Positions 63,514 through 64,000 of a stretch of DNA of 64,000 nt are shown piece after piece. Numbering within the stretch: the first letter of the stretch is position 1; the number at the start of each line of letters is the position of its first letter. The notes beneath the pieces were generated by a model. It searched no databases. It was not told where the DNA came from and saw only the letters and a program-made list of their open reading frames with translations. The position numbers and the translations under genes were made by a program. Source of the DNA: a virus (Duplodnaviria > Caudoviricetes); IMG/VR virus record IMGVR_UViG_3300033555_000001, positions 128,001 to 192,000 of that record, one strand, 5' to 3'.

Positions 63514-63685
63514 TGGATCCTTATTGGGAGAATGTGACGGCGACTCAGAAATTATATCCAGCTGGTCAGACAGTGCCACCTGGAAACGGGCTCGGGTTGT
63601 GTTGATCCCGACCGGCCCAGAATACTATTTTAAGAGACTAATCTATAATGATGTACCGTGTAACATAATATAACTGGAGTCTGCC

Positions 63686-63970
63686 ATGAAATTTCTGAAA
63701 ATTGCGTTCCACGCCGATACCGAGGAATCACTGGACTCGATTCTTGAGTACATGAAAACGACGCTAGACAGAAATGAAATAGTTACAGAAGATGGCTTTA
63801 CGTACATTGAGATCCTTACCGACGCCGAGTTGGTGGATGAGCTGATTTGCCTTGGCGGTTGCCTGCTGGAGCTTGACAATGATGGTTATGAGGACGCGTT
63901 TTTTGTCGAGATCGTGGAGCTTGATGTTGCTCCAGTGGACTGCGACGCACCACCGCAGTACTTGCAGTGA
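63686..63970 (+). CDS. acidic hypothetical protein
   Basis: GGAG RBS; 94-aa D/E-rich ORF. Confidence 0.6.
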   Translation: MKFLKIAFHADTEESLDSILEYMKTTLDRNEIVTEDGFTYIEILTDAELVDELICLGGCLLELDNDGYEDAFFVEIVELDVAPVDCDAPPQYLQ

Positions 63971-64000
63971 GCGATCTTCTCAATCCTAAGGCTATTTGTA

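Noticed and set aside
1-64000. Stop-codon reassignment or tRNA genes, both common in jumbo phages
   Set aside because: Conserved genes are intact under code 11, and TAG, TGA and TAA all end genes cleanly. No cloverleaf with T-loop/CCA features was seen in the intergenic gaps; tRNAscan was not run.

Overview
This window is the structural and morphogenesis core of a large T4-superfamily (jumbo-type) myophage genome read with the standard genetic code. Recognisable modules: head (portal gp20, protease gp21, scaffold gp22, major capsid gp23; 47.3-52.9 kb), baseplate and tail (gp6-, gp25-, gp5-, gp27-, gp53-, gp48/54-, gp26- and gp51-like genes, PAAR, tape-measure-like gene, 1,371-aa and 2,991-aa virion proteins), tail-fibre/adhesin cassettes (9-17 kb), lysis genes (separate i- and o-spanins plus an M23+GH108 dual muralytic enzyme), late sigma factor gp55 with about 15 TAAATA late-promoter cores, recombination genes (gp46, gp47, endonuclease VII, a PD-(D/E)XK exonuclease), two free-standing homing-endonuclease-like genes and an early accessory cluster (42.4-45.4 kb). 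I found no tRNA, rRNA or CRISPR array. The most interesting signals are: (1) a textbook -1 frameshift cassette (T TTT TTC, 5-nt spacer, perfect 10-bp stem) joining the gp26-like and gp51-like ORFs next to the tape-measure-like gene; (2) a stand-alone 416-aa protein with PolA/T7-RNAP-type motifs A, B and C; (3) scattered late genes sharing an N-terminal M(K/I/L)Lx(E/Q/D)(L/I)..E leader that looks like a capsid-targeting signal, one flanked by a 33-bp target-like duplication; (4) a tandem fibre-cassette duplication with breakpoints resolvable to the base. All homology calls come from motif recognition by eye; no database search was run.
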